64,000 nucleotides of DNA from Bacteroidales bacterium (GCA_029007825.1 JAQXIO010000053.1:28156-92155); one strand, 5' to 3'. Numbered from the stretch's first letter, positions 1-11,053 are shown. Numbers and translations are program-made. The notes: generated by a model from the letters alone, not told the origin.

Positions 1-112
1 TCATGGCGCAACGATCATGGTATATGGTAAATTGTTTAAACCTGAAATAGGGATTTGACATCGGATAAATGCAATTGTAAAGCAAATTTAAGTATTACTT
101 CTCCAATATTGT

Positions 113-120
113 TACCTTTG
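113..120 (+). promoter_or_regulatory. candidate -7 promoter box for lon
   Basis: TACCTTTG matches the Bacteroidetes -7 consensus TAnnTTTG and lies 52 nt upstream of the ATG at 172. Confidence 0.4.
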
Positions 121-171
121 GCATGGAAATTGTTATATATTTCTTGCTATTCAACATTACATTCTATCAGT

Positions 172-2619
172 ATGAGTTTATACCTTGATGATATTTATGA
201 TGATCTGGACGATCAGCAGATCTCTATAGTTCCTATATTAACCGATTGTGACAAAGACGAAGATTTCCAGGAGGGGATGGAGAACCTGAGCAATAAACTG
301 CCTATACTTCCTACCCGCAACATGGTGCTTTTTCCTGCCGTAACGATGCCTATTTCGGTAGGGCGCACAAAATCGATGCGGCTGATTAAAGAGCTGCAAA
401 AGAAAAAAGGCGGCCTTATTGGCGTAGTCTGTCAAAAAGACATGGAAGTAGAAGACCCGGGATTTTCCGATTTATACAGGGTCGGAGTAGTCGCAGAGGT
501 TATCCGAGTCCTGGAGCTTCCAGACCATACTACTACGATTATAATACAGGGAAAGAAACGCTTTATTCTGAATGCTCTTCTGGAGGAGGAGCCTTATTTA
601 AAAGGAGATATAACACCTATCAACGACCCGGCAATTCCGAAAGAGGATACGGAAATGCAGGCTCTTTTCGCTACGATAAAGGAACTGACGATCCGGCTGC
701 TCAAAAGTTCGGGAAATCCTCCCGGCGAAATTCTTTTAAGCATAAAGAACAACAAGAATCTTCTTTATATGATCAACTTTGCCTGTACCAATATTCCGGT
801 TATGGCACAGGAGAAGCAGGAGTTACTGCAAATCGACGATATAAAGGAGAGGGCTTATAAATTACTGGTTTTGCTGAACCGGGAGGTGCAACTTCTGGAA
901 TTAAAGCAATCGATCCAATCACGGACAAAAGAGGATATAGACCGTCAGCAAAAGGAGTATTACCTGCAGCAACAGCTTAAAACCATCCAGCAGGAGTTGG
1001 GCGGAACGAACAGCGAACAGGAACTTGCCGAGATGCGCGCCAAGGCTGCCCAGAAAAAATGGAGTCCTGCGGTGGCGGAGGCTTTCGAGAAAGAGTTGCG
1101 CAAATTAGAACGTATATCGCCGCAAATGCCGGATTATTCGATGCAGGTGGGTTATCTGCAAACGTTGCTTAACCTGCCGTGGAACGAATATACGCGTGAT
1201 AATTTTAACCTGAAACAGGCCGAGCGTGTACTCAACCGCGATCATTACGGATTGGAAAAAGTAAAAGAGCGGATTCTGGAGCATTTGGCTGTACTGAAAC
1301 TGAAAGGTGATTTCAAATCGCCTATTATCTGCCTTTACGGCCCTCCGGGGGTCGGAAAGACTTCTTTGGGAAAATCGGTGGCGGACGCTTTGAAACGAAA
1401 ATACGTACGCGTTTCTTTAGGCGGGTTGCACGATGAGGCAGAAATACGCGGACACCGACGGACTTATATCGGCGCCATGCCGGGACGTATCATCCAGAAT
1501 ATACAGAAAGCGGGCTCTTCGAATCCTGTCTTTATACTCGACGAGATCGACAAGATCGGCAACGATTATAAGGGTGATCCTGCCGCAGCCTTGTTAGAGG
1601 TTCTCGATCCGGAACAGAACAGTGCGTTCCACGATAATTACCTCGATCTGGATTACGATCTTTCAAAGGTACTTTTTATCGCTACGGCGAACAATATCAA
1701 TACAATCTCGCAGCCTTTGCTGGACCGTATGGAATTGATCGAGGTGAGCGGCTATATTATCGAAGAGAAGATCGAAATCGCTTTGCGGCACCTTATCCCG
1801 AAACAGATGGAGAACCATGGTATCGGAGAGAAGATTACTTTCAAGAAAGATGCCATACGGAAAATCATCGAGTCTTATACCCGGGAATCGGGTGTGCGGG
1901 AACTGGACAAGAAGATTGCCAAGATTATGCGGAAGATGGCGAAAAAGATCGCTATGGGCGAAGAGGTTAAAAAGAGTTTCGATGTTGCCGATGTTATCCT
2001 TTACCTCGGTAAGCCTGAATATACTTCAGACCGTTATCAGGGAAACGATCATGCGGGCGTTGTTACGGGTCTGGCCTGGACTTCGGTAGGCGGAGAAATC
2101 CTGTTTGTCGAATCGAGTATCAGCAAAGGAAAGGGGGCGAAGCTTACCCTTACGGGAAATCTCGGCGACGTAATGAAGGAATCGGCGGTACTTGCTCTCG
2201 AATATATCAAGGCTCATGCTTCAAAATTAGGTATTAACGAGAATTTGTTCGAAGAGTGGAACGTACATATCCATGTGCCGGAAGGGGCTATACCGAAAGA
2301 CGGCCCTTCTGCCGGTATCACGATGCTGACATCACTTGCTTCGACTTTTACCCAGCGAAAAGTGAAGAAGGGCCTTGCCATGACAGGAGAAATAACCCTG
2401 CGCGGAAGGGTGCTTCCGGTAGGCGGCATCAAAGAAAAGATACTGGCTGCCAAACGTGCGGGGATAAAGGAGATTATCCTTTGCGAAGAGAACCGAAAAG
2501 ATATAGAAGATATCAAGGATATTTATATCAAGGGGCTTACGTTCCATTATGTAACATGGGTGGATGAAGTGCTAAAAATAGCTCTTCTCGAAGAGAAGGT
2601 AGCGCATCCGCTTTTTTAA
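172..2619 (+). CDS. lon: ATP-dependent Lon protease
   Basis: Walker [10 protein letters not shown], Walker [10 protein letters not shown], protease Ser motif [10 protein letters not shown], and Lys in [14 protein letters not shown]. The ATG at 172 (MSLYLDD) is preferred to the TTG at 55 used by the ORF track. Confidence 0.97.
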   Translation: MSLYLDDIYDDLDDQQISIVPILTDCDKDEDFQEGMENLSNKLPILPTRNMVLFPAVTMPISVGRTKSMRLIKELQKKKGGLIGVVCQKDMEVEDPGFSDLYRVGVVAEVIRVLELPDHTTTIIIQGKKRFILNALLEEEPYLKGDITPINDPAIPKEDTEMQALFATIKELTIRLLKSSGNPPGEILLSIKNNKNLLYMINFACTNIPVMAQEKQELLQIDDIKERAYKLLVLLNREVQLLELKQSIQSRTKEDIDRQQKEYYLQQQLKTIQQELGGTNSEQELAEMRAKAAQKKWSPAVAEAFEKELRKLERISPQMPDYSMQVGYLQTLLNLPWNEYTRDNFNLKQAERVLNRDHYGLEKVKERILEHLAVLKLKGDFKSPIICLYGPPGVGKTSLGKSVADALKRKYVRVSLGGLHDEAEIRGHRRTYIGAMPGRIIQNIQKAGSSNPVFILDEIDKIGNDYKGDPAAALLEVLDPEQNSAFHDNYLDLDYDLSKVLFIATANNINTISQPLLDRMELIEVSGYIIEEKIEIALRHLIPKQMENHGIGEKITFKKDAIRKIIESYTRESGVRELDKKIAKIMRKMAKKIAMGEEVKKSFDVADVILYLGKPEYTSDRYQGNDHAGVVTGLAWTSVGGEILFVESSISKGKGAKLTLTGNLGDVMKESAVLALEYIKAHASKLGINENLFEEWNVHIHVPEGAIPKDGPSAGITMLTSLASTFTQRKVKKGLAMTGEITLRGRVLPVGGIKEKILAAKRAGIKEIILCEENRKDIEDIKDIYIKGLTFHYVTWVDEVLKIALLEEKVAHPLF

Positions 2620-2640
2620 GGAAAGAGAAACAGATTTCAT

Positions 2641-2677
2641 TGCAAAATGTCCGGGCTGATAGTCCGGACGTTTTGCA
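2641..2677. terminator. bidirectional rho-independent terminator between lon and the DUF2867 gene
   Basis: TGCAAAATGTCCGG (2641-2654) pairs with CCGGACGTTTTGCA (2664-2677) with one G-T pair and a 9-nt loop. A/T runs lie inside both arms. Confidence 0.7.
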
Positions 2678-2686
2678 ATATCCATC

Positions 2687-3166
2687 CTATACGGAAACTG
2701 TTCTCATCGTTTTATCACTTAGCTTCCCTACCCTTTTCAGAATCGAACAGACTATGATTTTATGAAAGGGCCTGATGATGAAAAAATAGAAACGGCCTAA
2801 ACGATTATTGTAGTTTACTAAAGTAGTAATCTTTAGTTTCTGCCTGCCGTTCTTTTCTGCTCCGCACCATAACGAGACATAGAATGTTAAGTGTTTGTCG
2901 GACATACCAAAAATAATTTCGCTGGCGTTTTTCCCGCATATTTTATCGGTAAAACGTGTTTGTGTATCCAGCCCCAATGGCCTGACCAGCGCATTCCGCA
3001 ATTTCATCAGAGTGTTTATCCAAGCGGGAAGTTGCTTAAAGGCACTATCGAGAAATTCGTCCGGCGTGATCGTTTTTCCTTGTATTTCCTTTGAAAAAGA
3101 GTCAATATAATCGGCGGGAAGGTAGTCTGCTATAAGGGTGCCTTTATATGTATCGTGTGTTTCCAT
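2687..3166 (-). CDS. DUF2867-like protein
   Basis: 159-aa ORF recognised by overall resemblance to the DUF2867 family. Its start codon overlaps the TetR stop codon (TAATG), which implies co-translation. Confidence 0.5.
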   Translation of the reverse strand: METHDTYKGTLIADYLPADYIDSFSKEIQGKTITPDEFLDSAFKQLPAWINTLMKLRNALVRPLGLDTQTRFTDKICGKNASEIIFGMSDKHLTFYVSLWCGAEKNGRQKLKITTLVNYNNRLGRFYFFIIRPFHKIIVCSILKRVGKLSDKTMRTVSV

Positions 3167-3705
3167 TATTTCTGTTTTTTGAATTTATCGAGAACAATAT
3201 CTTGCAAGTCCTTAAATTCTACCGGGGAGAGGTCGGAGCATAACTGCTGCATTCCTATCAGTAATGCATATTGCAGGATTGCCATTTTCCGCGCCTGGGT
3301 ATTATCGAGCCCGGTGTCTATATTGAGGGTTTCCAAATAATCCAACCGTATTTTATCGGCTTGTCCGACATAGCTGCGCACTATGTCGTTTGCATAACTC
3401 CATCCGCGTATGACTTCTTCGCTTTTATTGGAGGCTGAAGCTGCCTTATCTGCCAAGTGCTGCATTTTCAATTCTGCGTTTTCCTGCTTCTCTGCTTCAC
3501 GAATAAAGCTACTGGTATTTTGTTCGAGCCAATATTGCATCAGTATTTCAATATAGCCATCTATATTTTTAAAATGGTGGTAGAATGCTCCTTTGGTTAT
3601 ATTTAACGAGTCGCACAAATTATCGATCGTGATCTTAGAAAATCCATCGTTTTCCAGAATTTTCATACCGGTTATAAACCATTGTTCTCTATCTATTTTT
3701 TTCAT
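3166..3705 (-). CDS. TetR/AcrR family transcriptional regulator
   Basis: N-terminal HTH ITIDNLCDSLNITKGAFYHHFKN. Start set at MKKIDREQW (3705) rather than the ORF-track start at 3768. Confidence 0.85.
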   Translation of the reverse strand: MKKIDREQWFITGMKILENDGFSKITIDNLCDSLNITKGAFYHHFKNIDGYIEILMQYWLEQNTSSFIREAEKQENAELKMQHLADKAASASNKSEEVIRGWSYANDIVRSYVGQADKIRLDYLETLNIDTGLDNTQARKMAILQYALLIGMQQLCSDLSPVEFKDLQDIVLDKFKKQK

Positions 3706-3804
3706 ACCCAAAACATACCATATAGTATGGTATGTAAAAATAATTGTTTCATACGGATAAATAATCATTCCATCTCGTTTATTTTTCTCTATATGCCAAT
3801 TTTA

Positions 3805-4800
3805 TTAATTCCGAGATTTACGGATATTCCTGACAAAGGCCGGCACAAAGCAATAAACGAGATGCGCCCGGGACCATATGAAACATTTCTGAAAGAAGAG
3901 CATCGCTATCGTAATGAACAGGGCTGCTCCTACTGCTACCTGAAAAGGAAACCACAAAAGGGCAGAAGCCGGAATAATTACAGGTACCAATGCGACGGCT
4001 CCGGCCGGTGCAAAGAATTTGCCAGTAATTTCAAAAACGACAAAAAGAGCGATTACAAGAAAAAATATAACCACACTTTGCGGTAATCCGAAATATATGT
4101 GTCCTACCAACTGGAACAGCGTTCCAAAAGTCGCCGCTCCCACCAATAGTAAGAATACGTCGAGCGGGCGGTTCCGAAAGCCGGCTTTAGAACCAGCGAA
4201 TTCCACAAAGGTCACCACCAACGGAGGTAAAACGAAATAGGGACTGGAGGCATAAACGGAGAGTGTAGCTATCAGTGAGAGAAAAAACAGTAGGGAAAAC
4301 CATTTTTGCAGCTCTTTCCGGCGGTCGATCTGCAGAGGAATGCTATCGATTTTCTTTCGCAACCCTGCCTTCTCCATCACGATCTGACCACCTGCAATCA
4401 TCAGGGACATGACAAATACTGCAACCGGATAAACCCAGCTTTGTGTTCCCAATAAGACAGGGAGCATACAGGCTGAAATAAGGGGTATCAAGGTGGTAGC
4501 CGTAAAAAGAAGAAGCATTGCTGCCGCCATAAAAGCCAGAAGGAGGTTAAACGCCAATGGTAACGGCGAATAACGGACTATACAGATTCCGATTACTGCA
4601 GCAATGGACATCAGGATTACCATGCTTTTCCGGTCGATCGTCCAAACTTTTTTATCAACTATCCACATACCAATAGCCAAAGCTGCCATTTCAGGAAAAA
4701 CAATTTCTTTTTCTCCTATCCATTCGGCAACAGCGACCATCAGCACAATCATAGACAATGCGCAGAGGTATCTTTTATATTTCGCTATATTTTCTGACAT
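3805..4800 (-). CDS. polytopic membrane protein of unknown function, apparent internal duplication
   Basis: 331 aa, about 10 hydrophobic spans. The two halves share patterns such as IPLISACMLPVLLG and FAPAGAVALVPVII. First gene of a minus-strand operon with TetR and DUF2867. Confidence 0.6.
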   Translation of the reverse strand: MSENIAKYKRYLCALSMIVLMVAVAEWIGEKEIVFPEMAALAIGMWIVDKKVWTIDRKSMVILMSIAAVIGICIVRYSPLPLAFNLLLAFMAAAMLLLFTATTLIPLISACMLPVLLGTQSWVYPVAVFVMSLMIAGGQIVMEKAGLRKKIDSIPLQIDRRKELQKWFSLLFFLSLIATLSVYASSPYFVLPPLVVTFVEFAGSKAGFRNRPLDVFLLLVGAATFGTLFQLVGHIYFGLPQSVVIFFLVIALFVVFEITGKFFAPAGAVALVPVIIPASALLWFPFQVAVGAALFITIAMLFFQKCFIWSRAHLVYCFVPAFVRNIRKSRN

Positions 4801-5152
4801 GAAGCGGCATTATTACTTAACGGGGAATATTTTATCGAAGATGTAACAACAAAGATAGCTATATTCTATCACTTCCGGTTTCAGAATTTATACAAGATAC
4901 TGATTTTTCAGAAAAAATATCATTTATAATTATCTAATATGAAGAAGGATAGCTGCAAGATATTCCGAAATATTACCAACCTGAGTCCGATATAATTTTA
5001 ATATGGAGAAGTATTGCGCTATTTATTCAAACTTCTCACTCAATGGCTGACATTTCCGATAAAAGCACATATACTGTAAGCGCTCCGATTAAGTTTGAAA
5101 TGAGGTTTACGAATCTCTCTTTATTGAAAGAAAGTGCTTACATTTGCGCATT

Positions 5153-5887
5153 ATGCACATTATCTACAAACTATTTTGCATAGCAGTTTTGGCCGGAGCC
5201 ACGAGCTGCTGTAATCATCAATATAAAAAAGGGGATATGAAAGTAAGAAAAATCAGTATTGCCAATGTTCAGGTGAATGCATTACCGAAATTGCTGGATG
5301 AAGCAAAAATAGACTTTCAACCTATTGACAATGCCAATTGGTCAGAAACATACCCTTATAAGCCTAAAGCTGAGTTCCGTATAGCGTATACCGATGATGC
5401 TATTTTATTGCATTACAAGGTGAAAGAGGCCAGTGTACGCGGCAAGTACAGCAAGGATAACGATCCTGTGTGGACTGATGCCTGTGTGGAGTTCTTCTTT
5501 ATCCCTGCCAGTGATGGCGTTTACTATAACATTGAATGCAACTGCATCGGGACTATTCTTCTTGGTGCAGGTTCCAGCCGTGCCCATCGGGAACGTGCTT
5601 CGCAGGTAGTTATGGATAAAGTGCAACGATGGTCAAGCTTGGGATGCAAGCCTCTTGACGAACGACTCAGGGAGACTTCGTGGGAGGTAGCTCTTATCAT
5701 TCCTTACTCAACGTTCTTCAAGCATCACATCACTTCACTGGATGGCAAAACCTTAAGAGGCAACTTCTATAAATGCGGTGACGAACTACAAACCCCGCAT
5801 TTCCTCTCCTGGAAACCGATACCGATCGAAAAGCCTGATTTTCACCGCCCCGACTTTTTCGGCACATTGGAGTTTGAGAGTAGGTAA
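5153..5887 (+). CDS. CBM9-like (carbohydrate-binding family 9 / DOMON-like) lipoprotein
   Basis: Lipobox LAGATSC. FRIAYTDDAILLHYKV, DPVWTDACVEFFF and YYNIECNCIGT resemble the CBM9_2 family. ATG at 5153. Confidence 0.55.
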   Translation: MHIIYKLFCIAVLAGATSCCNHQYKKGDMKVRKISIANVQVNALPKLLDEAKIDFQPIDNANWSETYPYKPKAEFRIAYTDDAILLHYKVKEASVRGKYSKDNDPVWTDACVEFFFIPASDGVYYNIECNCIGTILLGAGSSRAHRERASQVVMDKVQRWSSLGCKPLDERLRETSWEVALIIPYSTFFKHHITSLDGKTLRGNFYKCGDELQTPHFLSWKPIPIEKPDFHRPDFFGTLEFESR

Positions 5888-6366
5888 CGAACTGAGGGAA
5901 TGGTTTTCAGAATGAAATAAAGTATTGCTCTTTGGACTAAACATCGTCTTAACGGATGCTCTTCCGGTAAAAATATATATGCCTTAAACTCTTTTTTTCA
6001 AGTTTGTTATCTGACAAATATTCTTCAGTTCGTCATCGGTGGTTTCAATCATTTCTCTTTTTATGAATATAATTTTCCTATGTTTTGCGATATATATCTT
6101 TTTTCACCGTGGTTATTTGCAACTATAAGATCATTACTCTTCTGACTTTCGACTCCGGACAATACCTGCAAAGATTTTATAAAGCGAGATACATTTATTC
6201 TCTCAAACATAAATGCTGCAATTGTCTACAAAAGAGTCTCCGGTACATTCGTTCAACCTGCACATTTTCAAAAAACAAACCAATATCAATTTAACTTTTG
6301 CCTGTAGTTCATCAAATCAATTAAAGGTTTTCTTTTTATATATTTCAACTACCGACCTCCTAAATA

Positions 6367-6403
6367 GAAAAAGGAACTGTCAGTCGATGACAGTTCCTTT
6401 TTC
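6367..6403. terminator. bidirectional terminator downstream of mmdB
   Basis: Perfect 16-bp stem GAAAAAGGAACTGTCA / TGACAGTTCCTTTTTC with a 5-nt loop. A5/T5 runs give a U-tract in both orientations. Confidence 0.8.
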
Positions 6404-6424
6404 TATTATAGAATGTATTCTTTA

Positions 6425-7597
6425 TTACATCAAGAATCCTAACAGTACACCGGCTGCAACAGCAGAACCGATTACTCCGGCAACGTTCGGTCCCATTGCA
6501 TGCATCAACAGATAGTTGGTCGAATCGTATTCCAACCCTACATTCTGAGAGATACGTGCGGACATGGGCACGGCAGAAACACCGGCATTTCCGATAAGCG
6601 GATTGATCTTATTGCTTTTACTCAATACAAGATTAAATATTTTAACGAACAACACACCGGATGCCGTTGCAATAATAAAGGCCATAAAGCCTAACGCAAA
6701 GATGAATACGGAGTTGAGCGTTAAAAATTCAGAGGCTTGCGTAGATGCACCTACGGTTACACCCAAAAGTATCGTGATGGAGTCGATCAACGGACCGCTG
6801 GCCGTTTTAGCAAGACGCGGGGTAACACCACTTTCTTTCAGAAGGTTTCCGAAGAATAACATCCCCAAAAGAGGAAGTCCCGAAGGCACAAGGAAACAAG
6901 TCAACAGCAATCCTATAATAGGGAACATTATCTTTTCGGTATGGGAAACGGCTCTTGCCGGCTTCATCCGAATAAGACGTTCTTTCTTCGTAGTGAGCAA
7001 ACGCATAATAGGAGGCTGTATTACGGGCACGAGCGCCATGTATGAATATGCCGATACGGCAATGGCTCCCATGAGGTTCGGGGCTAACTTAGAAGATAAG
7101 AAGATGGCCGTAGGCCCATCTGCACCACCGATAATACCGATTGCTCCAGCTTGATTCGGCTCAAAGCCAAGCGCCAATGCAACCATGTATGCACCGAAAA
7201 TACCGAACTGCGCCGCTGCACCCACCAACATTAATTTCGGATTGGATATAAGGGCAGAGAAATCGGTCATAGCTCCGATTCCCAAAAATACCAGAGGGGG
7301 ATACCATCCGGTAGCTACACCCTGATACAATATATTCAGAACCGATCCTTCTTCGTAAATACCGACTTCGAGCCCGGCATCTACCTTAAAGGGGATATTA
7401 CCTATCAACATACCGAATCCTATCGGCACAAGAAGCATAGGCTCAAAATTCTTCTTAATTGCCAGATAGATAAAGAATAACCCGACCAATATCATTATGA
7501 AATGTCCCGGCGTTGCATTCGCGAAGCTGGTATATTTCAAAAATTCAATCAGATTATCGTACAGAAATGATGTGAATTCGCCCATAATATTATTCAA
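6425..7597 (-). CDS. mmdB: Na+-translocating decarboxylase beta subunit (methylmalonyl-CoA decarboxylase MmdB / OadB family)
   Basis: 390-aa polytopic protein with the typical OadB N-terminus (FANATPGHFIMILVGLFFIYLAIKK) and operon context. An alternative start at 7585 (MGEF) would remove the 8-nt overlap with mmdC. Confidence 0.92.
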   Translation of the reverse strand: MNNIMGEFTSFLYDNLIEFLKYTSFANATPGHFIMILVGLFFIYLAIKKNFEPMLLVPIGFGMLIGNIPFKVDAGLEVGIYEEGSVLNILYQGVATGWYPPLVFLGIGAMTDFSALISNPKLMLVGAAAQFGIFGAYMVALALGFEPNQAGAIGIIGGADGPTAIFLSSKLAPNLMGAIAVSAYSYMALVPVIQPPIMRLLTTKKERLIRMKPARAVSHTEKIMFPIIGLLLTCFLVPSGLPLLGMLFFGNLLKESGVTPRLAKTASGPLIDSITILLGVTVGASTQASEFLTLNSVFIFALGFMAFIIATASGVLFVKIFNLVLSKSNKINPLIGNAGVSAVPMSARISQNVGLEYDSTNYLLMHAMGPNVAGVIGSAVAAGVLLGFLM

Positions 7598-8036
7598 TTA
7601 TGATAAGATCCGTACCTTCAAGAACTGAATCTCCTTTATTAACCTTAATAGCAACTACTTTACCGTCACGATCGGCATTGATGTTGTTTTCCATTTTCAT
7701 TGCTTCCAATATCACTACTACCTGACCTTTCTTTACAACATCACCTTCTTTTACCTTGAAATCCAAAATGACGCCGGGCAGGGGCGATTTAACTGCAGCC
7801 TGGCCGGACGACGCAGCTACCGGACGAGAAACGACCGGTGCACCGGTATTTGTCTTCGGAGCGGCAGCAGGACGCGGGGCTATAATCTGTACAGGCTTTT
7901 TAATTGTTTTGTCCAACAATTCAACGCTGTAAGGGGTACCGTTTACCTCAACGTGCGCAACATTGCTATCTTCTTCTACATCGTTAACCGTAACGTTGTA
8001 AAGATTTCCATTGATTTTATATTTATACTGTTTCAT
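7590..8036 (-). CDS. mmdC: biotin carboxyl carrier subunit (MmdC)
   Basis: Biotinyl-lysine motif LEAMKMEN near the C-terminus. An Ala/Pro-rich linker precedes the lipoyl-like domain. Confidence 0.9.
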   Translation of the reverse strand: MKQYKYKINGNLYNVTVNDVEEDSNVAHVEVNGTPYSVELLDKTIKKPVQIIAPRPAAAPKTNTGAPVVSRPVAASSGQAAVKSPLPGVILDFKVKEGDVVKKGQVVVILEAMKMENNINADRDGKVVAIKVNKGDSVLEGTDLIIIE

Positions 8037-8062
8037 CTGAATGATTTGTTTAATGTTTGAAA

Positions 8063-8986
8063 TTAACGTCTGTTGGGTGTATCACGCAATGTATAAATCT
8101 TAGAACTCCAAGGAGAATAATTTCTCTTTACCTTATTTATGGTAAGGATGGTAGCTTCAACATCGTGAACATCCTGCTGATATTCGTGCATGGCCATTGC
8201 TATGGCAGCAAAAACTTCCCCTTCTTCATGTCCGATGGATTTAGCTTTTGCTTCCTGCTTGTCCGTAATTCCATGCGCTTTCATTGCATTACGTTTATTC
8301 AGGTGAACGGCAATACTTCCTACCAGTTTGAAAGCAATGAACAATAACAATAAAGCGGAGAATACCACTCCCATGGCTATAATCGCCATTCCGATACCAA
8401 AGGCATCGTATTTTTTAAAGCCTTCGATCTTGGTATTTTTATCTACCGTACGGTTGTTGGTACTTGGGGTAACATAATTGCTGGGATCTCCCCCTCCTTT
8501 TATCACCCACTCACCTGCTCCATCATCCACACGTGCATAAGAATGGTCGGCTGGAATTCCGGCAGGAACCGTAACTGAGTCGATCAGTGTTCTTCCGTTC
8601 GCATCGTAGAGCCCTATCCAATTCGGTTTATTGGGATCGAGCGTAAAATTCACATGAAACGTTCCCCGATTCGGATTTCCGTCTGCCCAAAAAAGTGCAT
8701 GCTGACGAGGCTTAATCAACGTAAGTACATCACTTTTCGGGATCGGATACATGGTCGGGTTATTGGGGTCGGTAGTGAGGTAGCAACTTCTTAAATTGAC
8801 ACTACCGAAAGTCGGATTGAATATTTCAATCCACGAACTGTGCACACCATAATCATCAAGATAGTTCGTTTCATTCGTAACCAATACCTCATTTATTTTC
8901 AAAGACTTAGCTCCTTGTCCATAGGTAACGGCCAGTGATGAAACAACTAACATCACGATATATATTCCTATTTTTCTTTTCATCAT
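8063..8986 (-). CDS. OadG-like decarboxylase membrane-anchor subunit fused to an N-terminal lamin-tail-like domain
   Basis: Signal peptide, then LKINEVLVTNETNY...SSWIEIFNPT (LTD-like), one TM (MGVVFSALLLLFIAFKLVGSI), and an OadG-like tail (EVFAAIAMAMHEY). It sits between mmdA and mmdC. Confidence 0.7.
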   Translation of the reverse strand: MMKRKIGIYIVMLVVSSLAVTYGQGAKSLKINEVLVTNETNYLDDYGVHSSWIEIFNPTFGSVNLRSCYLTTDPNNPTMYPIPKSDVLTLIKPRQHALFWADGNPNRGTFHVNFTLDPNKPNWIGLYDANGRTLIDSVTVPAGIPADHSYARVDDGAGEWVIKGGGDPSNYVTPSTNNRTVDKNTKIEGFKKYDAFGIGMAIIAMGVVFSALLLLFIAFKLVGSIAVHLNKRNAMKAHGITDKQEAKAKSIGHEEGEVFAAIAMAMHEYQQDVHDVEATILTINKVKRNYSPWSSKIYTLRDTPNRR

Positions 8987-9064
8987 AACTGTCTGTTTTA
9001 AATAGTTATAGGCAAAAATGAGAAGTGTAAGCGGGACGAGCCCGCCTTACTTCCTGTTCTGCCG

Positions 9065-10618
9065 TTAAAGTGGAATATTACCGTGTTTTTTAGCAGGATT
9101 TACCAGTTTCTTCGTTTGCAGCTGCTGTAATGCCCGAATAATACGGAAACGGGTATTTCTGGGTTCGATTACATCGTCGATATAACCGTATTTCGCAGCA
9201 TTATAAGGATTGGCAAACAGTTTCGTATATTCTGCTTCTTTTTCTGCCATAAATTTAGCGGGGTCTTCGGCTTCTTTCGCTTCTTTCGCATAAAGCACCT
9301 CTACTGCTCCGGCTCCACCCATTACGGCAATTTCAGCTGTAGGCCAAGCGTAGTTCATATCGCCGCGAAGTTGTTTACAGCTCATTACGATATGCGAACC
9401 GCCATACGATTTACGAAGCGTTACGGTTACTTTAGGCACGGTTGCTTCACCATAAGCGTAAAGCAACTTAGCTCCGTGAAGTATCACGCCATTGTATTCC
9501 TGGCCTGTTCCCGGAAGGAATCCCGGTACATCTACCAATGTTACCAACGGAATATTGAATGCATCGCAGAAACGGACAAAGCGTGCGGCTTTGCGTGATG
9601 CGTTGCTATCCAGTACGCCTGCCAGATATTTAGGCTGGTTTGCCACCAGACCTACGGATTGTCCGTTGAAGCGTGCAAATCCTATAATGATGTTCTGTGC
9701 GTAGTCTTTCTGTATTTCGAGGAATTCTCCGTTGTCTATGATGGCTCCTATCACTTCATACATGTCGTATGGTTTGTTGGGGCTATCGGGTATGATTTCA
9801 TTCAAAGAGTCTTCCAGACGGTCTGCAGGGTCGTTGCAATCGACCATCGGCGCTTCTTCCAAGTTATTCTGCGGTATATAGCTTATCAGCTTACGAATAA
9901 TGGCCAAACCTTCTTCTCCGGTTTCCGCAGCAAAATGGGTAACACCCGATTTCGAAGCATGTACGCTTGCACCTCCCAAATCTTCCTGACTTACGTCTTC
10001 ACCCGTAACTGTTTTTACCACTTTAGGGCCTGTAAGGAACATATAGGAGGTTCCTTTTGTCATTATGGTAAAGTCGGTCAGAGCAGGAGAGTAAACCGCA
10101 CCACCGGCACAAGGGCCGAAGATTCCGGATATCTGGGGAATCACGCCGGATGCCATGATATTCCGCTGGAATATTTCGGCATAACCTGCCAAGGCATTGA
10201 TTCCTTCCTGAATACGAGCACCACCCGAGTCATTGATTCCAATAACAGGGGCTCCCATTTTCATAGCCTGATCCATTACTTTACAAATTTTCAAGGCCAT
10301 CGTTTCAGACAACGATCCGCCGAAAACGGTAAAGTCCTGAGCAAACACATATACCAAACGGCCATCAATCGTACCATATCCGGTAACAACACCATCGCCC
10401 AAATAGGATTTTTTGTCCTGACCGAAATTGGTACATCTGTGCTTCACAAACATATCAAATTCTTCAAAACTTCCTTCGTCTAACAACTGGGCAATACGTT
10501 CACGAGCCGTATATTTACCCTTGTCGTGCTGTTTCTGAATAGCTTTTTCGCCACCACCTAAACGAGCCTGAGCGCGAAGCTCAATAAGCTCTTTTACTTT
10601 TTCAAGTTGGTTACTCAT
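9065..10618 (-). CDS. mmdA: methylmalonyl-CoA carboxyltransferase (acyl-CoA carboxylase beta family, MmdA)
   Basis: 517 aa with the [10 protein letters not shown] motif and two carboxyltransferase halves. Operon context with mce and biotin carrier. Confidence 0.93.
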   Translation of the reverse strand: MSNQLEKVKELIELRAQARLGGGEKAIQKQHDKGKYTARERIAQLLDEGSFEEFDMFVKHRCTNFGQDKKSYLGDGVVTGYGTIDGRLVYVFAQDFTVFGGSLSETMALKICKVMDQAMKMGAPVIGINDSGGARIQEGINALAGYAEIFQRNIMASGVIPQISGIFGPCAGGAVYSPALTDFTIMTKGTSYMFLTGPKVVKTVTGEDVSQEDLGGASVHASKSGVTHFAAETGEEGLAIIRKLISYIPQNNLEEAPMVDCNDPADRLEDSLNEIIPDSPNKPYDMYEVIGAIIDNGEFLEIQKDYAQNIIIGFARFNGQSVGLVANQPKYLAGVLDSNASRKAARFVRFCDAFNIPLVTLVDVPGFLPGTGQEYNGVILHGAKLLYAYGEATVPKVTVTLRKSYGGSHIVMSCKQLRGDMNYAWPTAEIAVMGGAGAVEVLYAKEAKEAEDPAKFMAEKEAEYTKLFANPYNAAKYGYIDDVIEPRNTRFRIIRALQQLQTKKLVNPAKKHGNIPL

Positions 10619-10642
10619 TTTATTATGAAATTGATTGGATTT

Positions 10643-11053
10643 TTATTTAGCTGGTTGTTCGCAAAGTTCGGTCAACACGCTGCATGTTGATTTCGGATGC
10701 AAGAAAGCGATGTTGAGACCTTCCGCACCTTTTCGCGGGGCTTTGTCGATCAACTGAACGCCTTTTGCAGCAACTTCGTCTAACGCTACCTGTACACCAT
10801 TTACCGAAAAAGCGATGTGGTGTATTCCTTCTCCTCTTTTCTCAATGAACTTCGCAATGGTGCTGTCTTCGCTTGTCGGTTCAAGTAGTTCAATTTTCGT
10901 CTGTCCTACTTTAAAGAATGCTGTTTTCACTTTCTGATCGGCAACTTCTTCAATGTTGTAACACTTCAATCCCAATACATTTTCGTAATAAGGGAGAGCG
11001 GCCTCGATACTTTTTACAGCGATACCGAGATGCTCAATGTGACTGATTTCCAT
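10643..11053 (-). CDS. mce: methylmalonyl-CoA epimerase
   Basis: 136-aa VOC/glyoxalase fold (HIEHLGIAV, GIHHIAF, FLHPK). First gene of the mmd operon. Confidence 0.9.
   Translation of the reverse strand: MEISHIEHLGIAVKSIEAALPYYENVLGLKCYNIEEVADQKVKTAFFKVGQTKIELLEPTSEDSTIAKFIEKRGEGIHHIAFSVNGVQVALDEVAAKGVQLIDKAPRKGAEGLNIAFLHPKSTCSVLTELCEQPAK

Noticed and set aside
55-171. The ORF track starts Lon at a TTG at position 55, adding 39 N-terminal residues.
   Set aside because: The extension (MTSDKCNCKANLSI...) is hydrophobic and Cys-rich, unlike Lon N-termini, and it overlaps the -7 box at 113-120. The ATG at 172 gives the acidic N-terminus typical of Bacteroidetes Lon.
9659-10483. Long antisense ORFs lie opposite well-supported genes: 9659-10483 (274 aa), 46718-47632 (304 aa), 42433-43251 (272 aa), 48173-48907 (244 aa) and 6564-7154 (196 aa).
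   Set aside because: Each lies entirely inside a gene with strong family motifs on the other strand. Their translations are low-complexity or Arg/Ser/Cys-rich with no recognisable domains. They are shadow ORFs.
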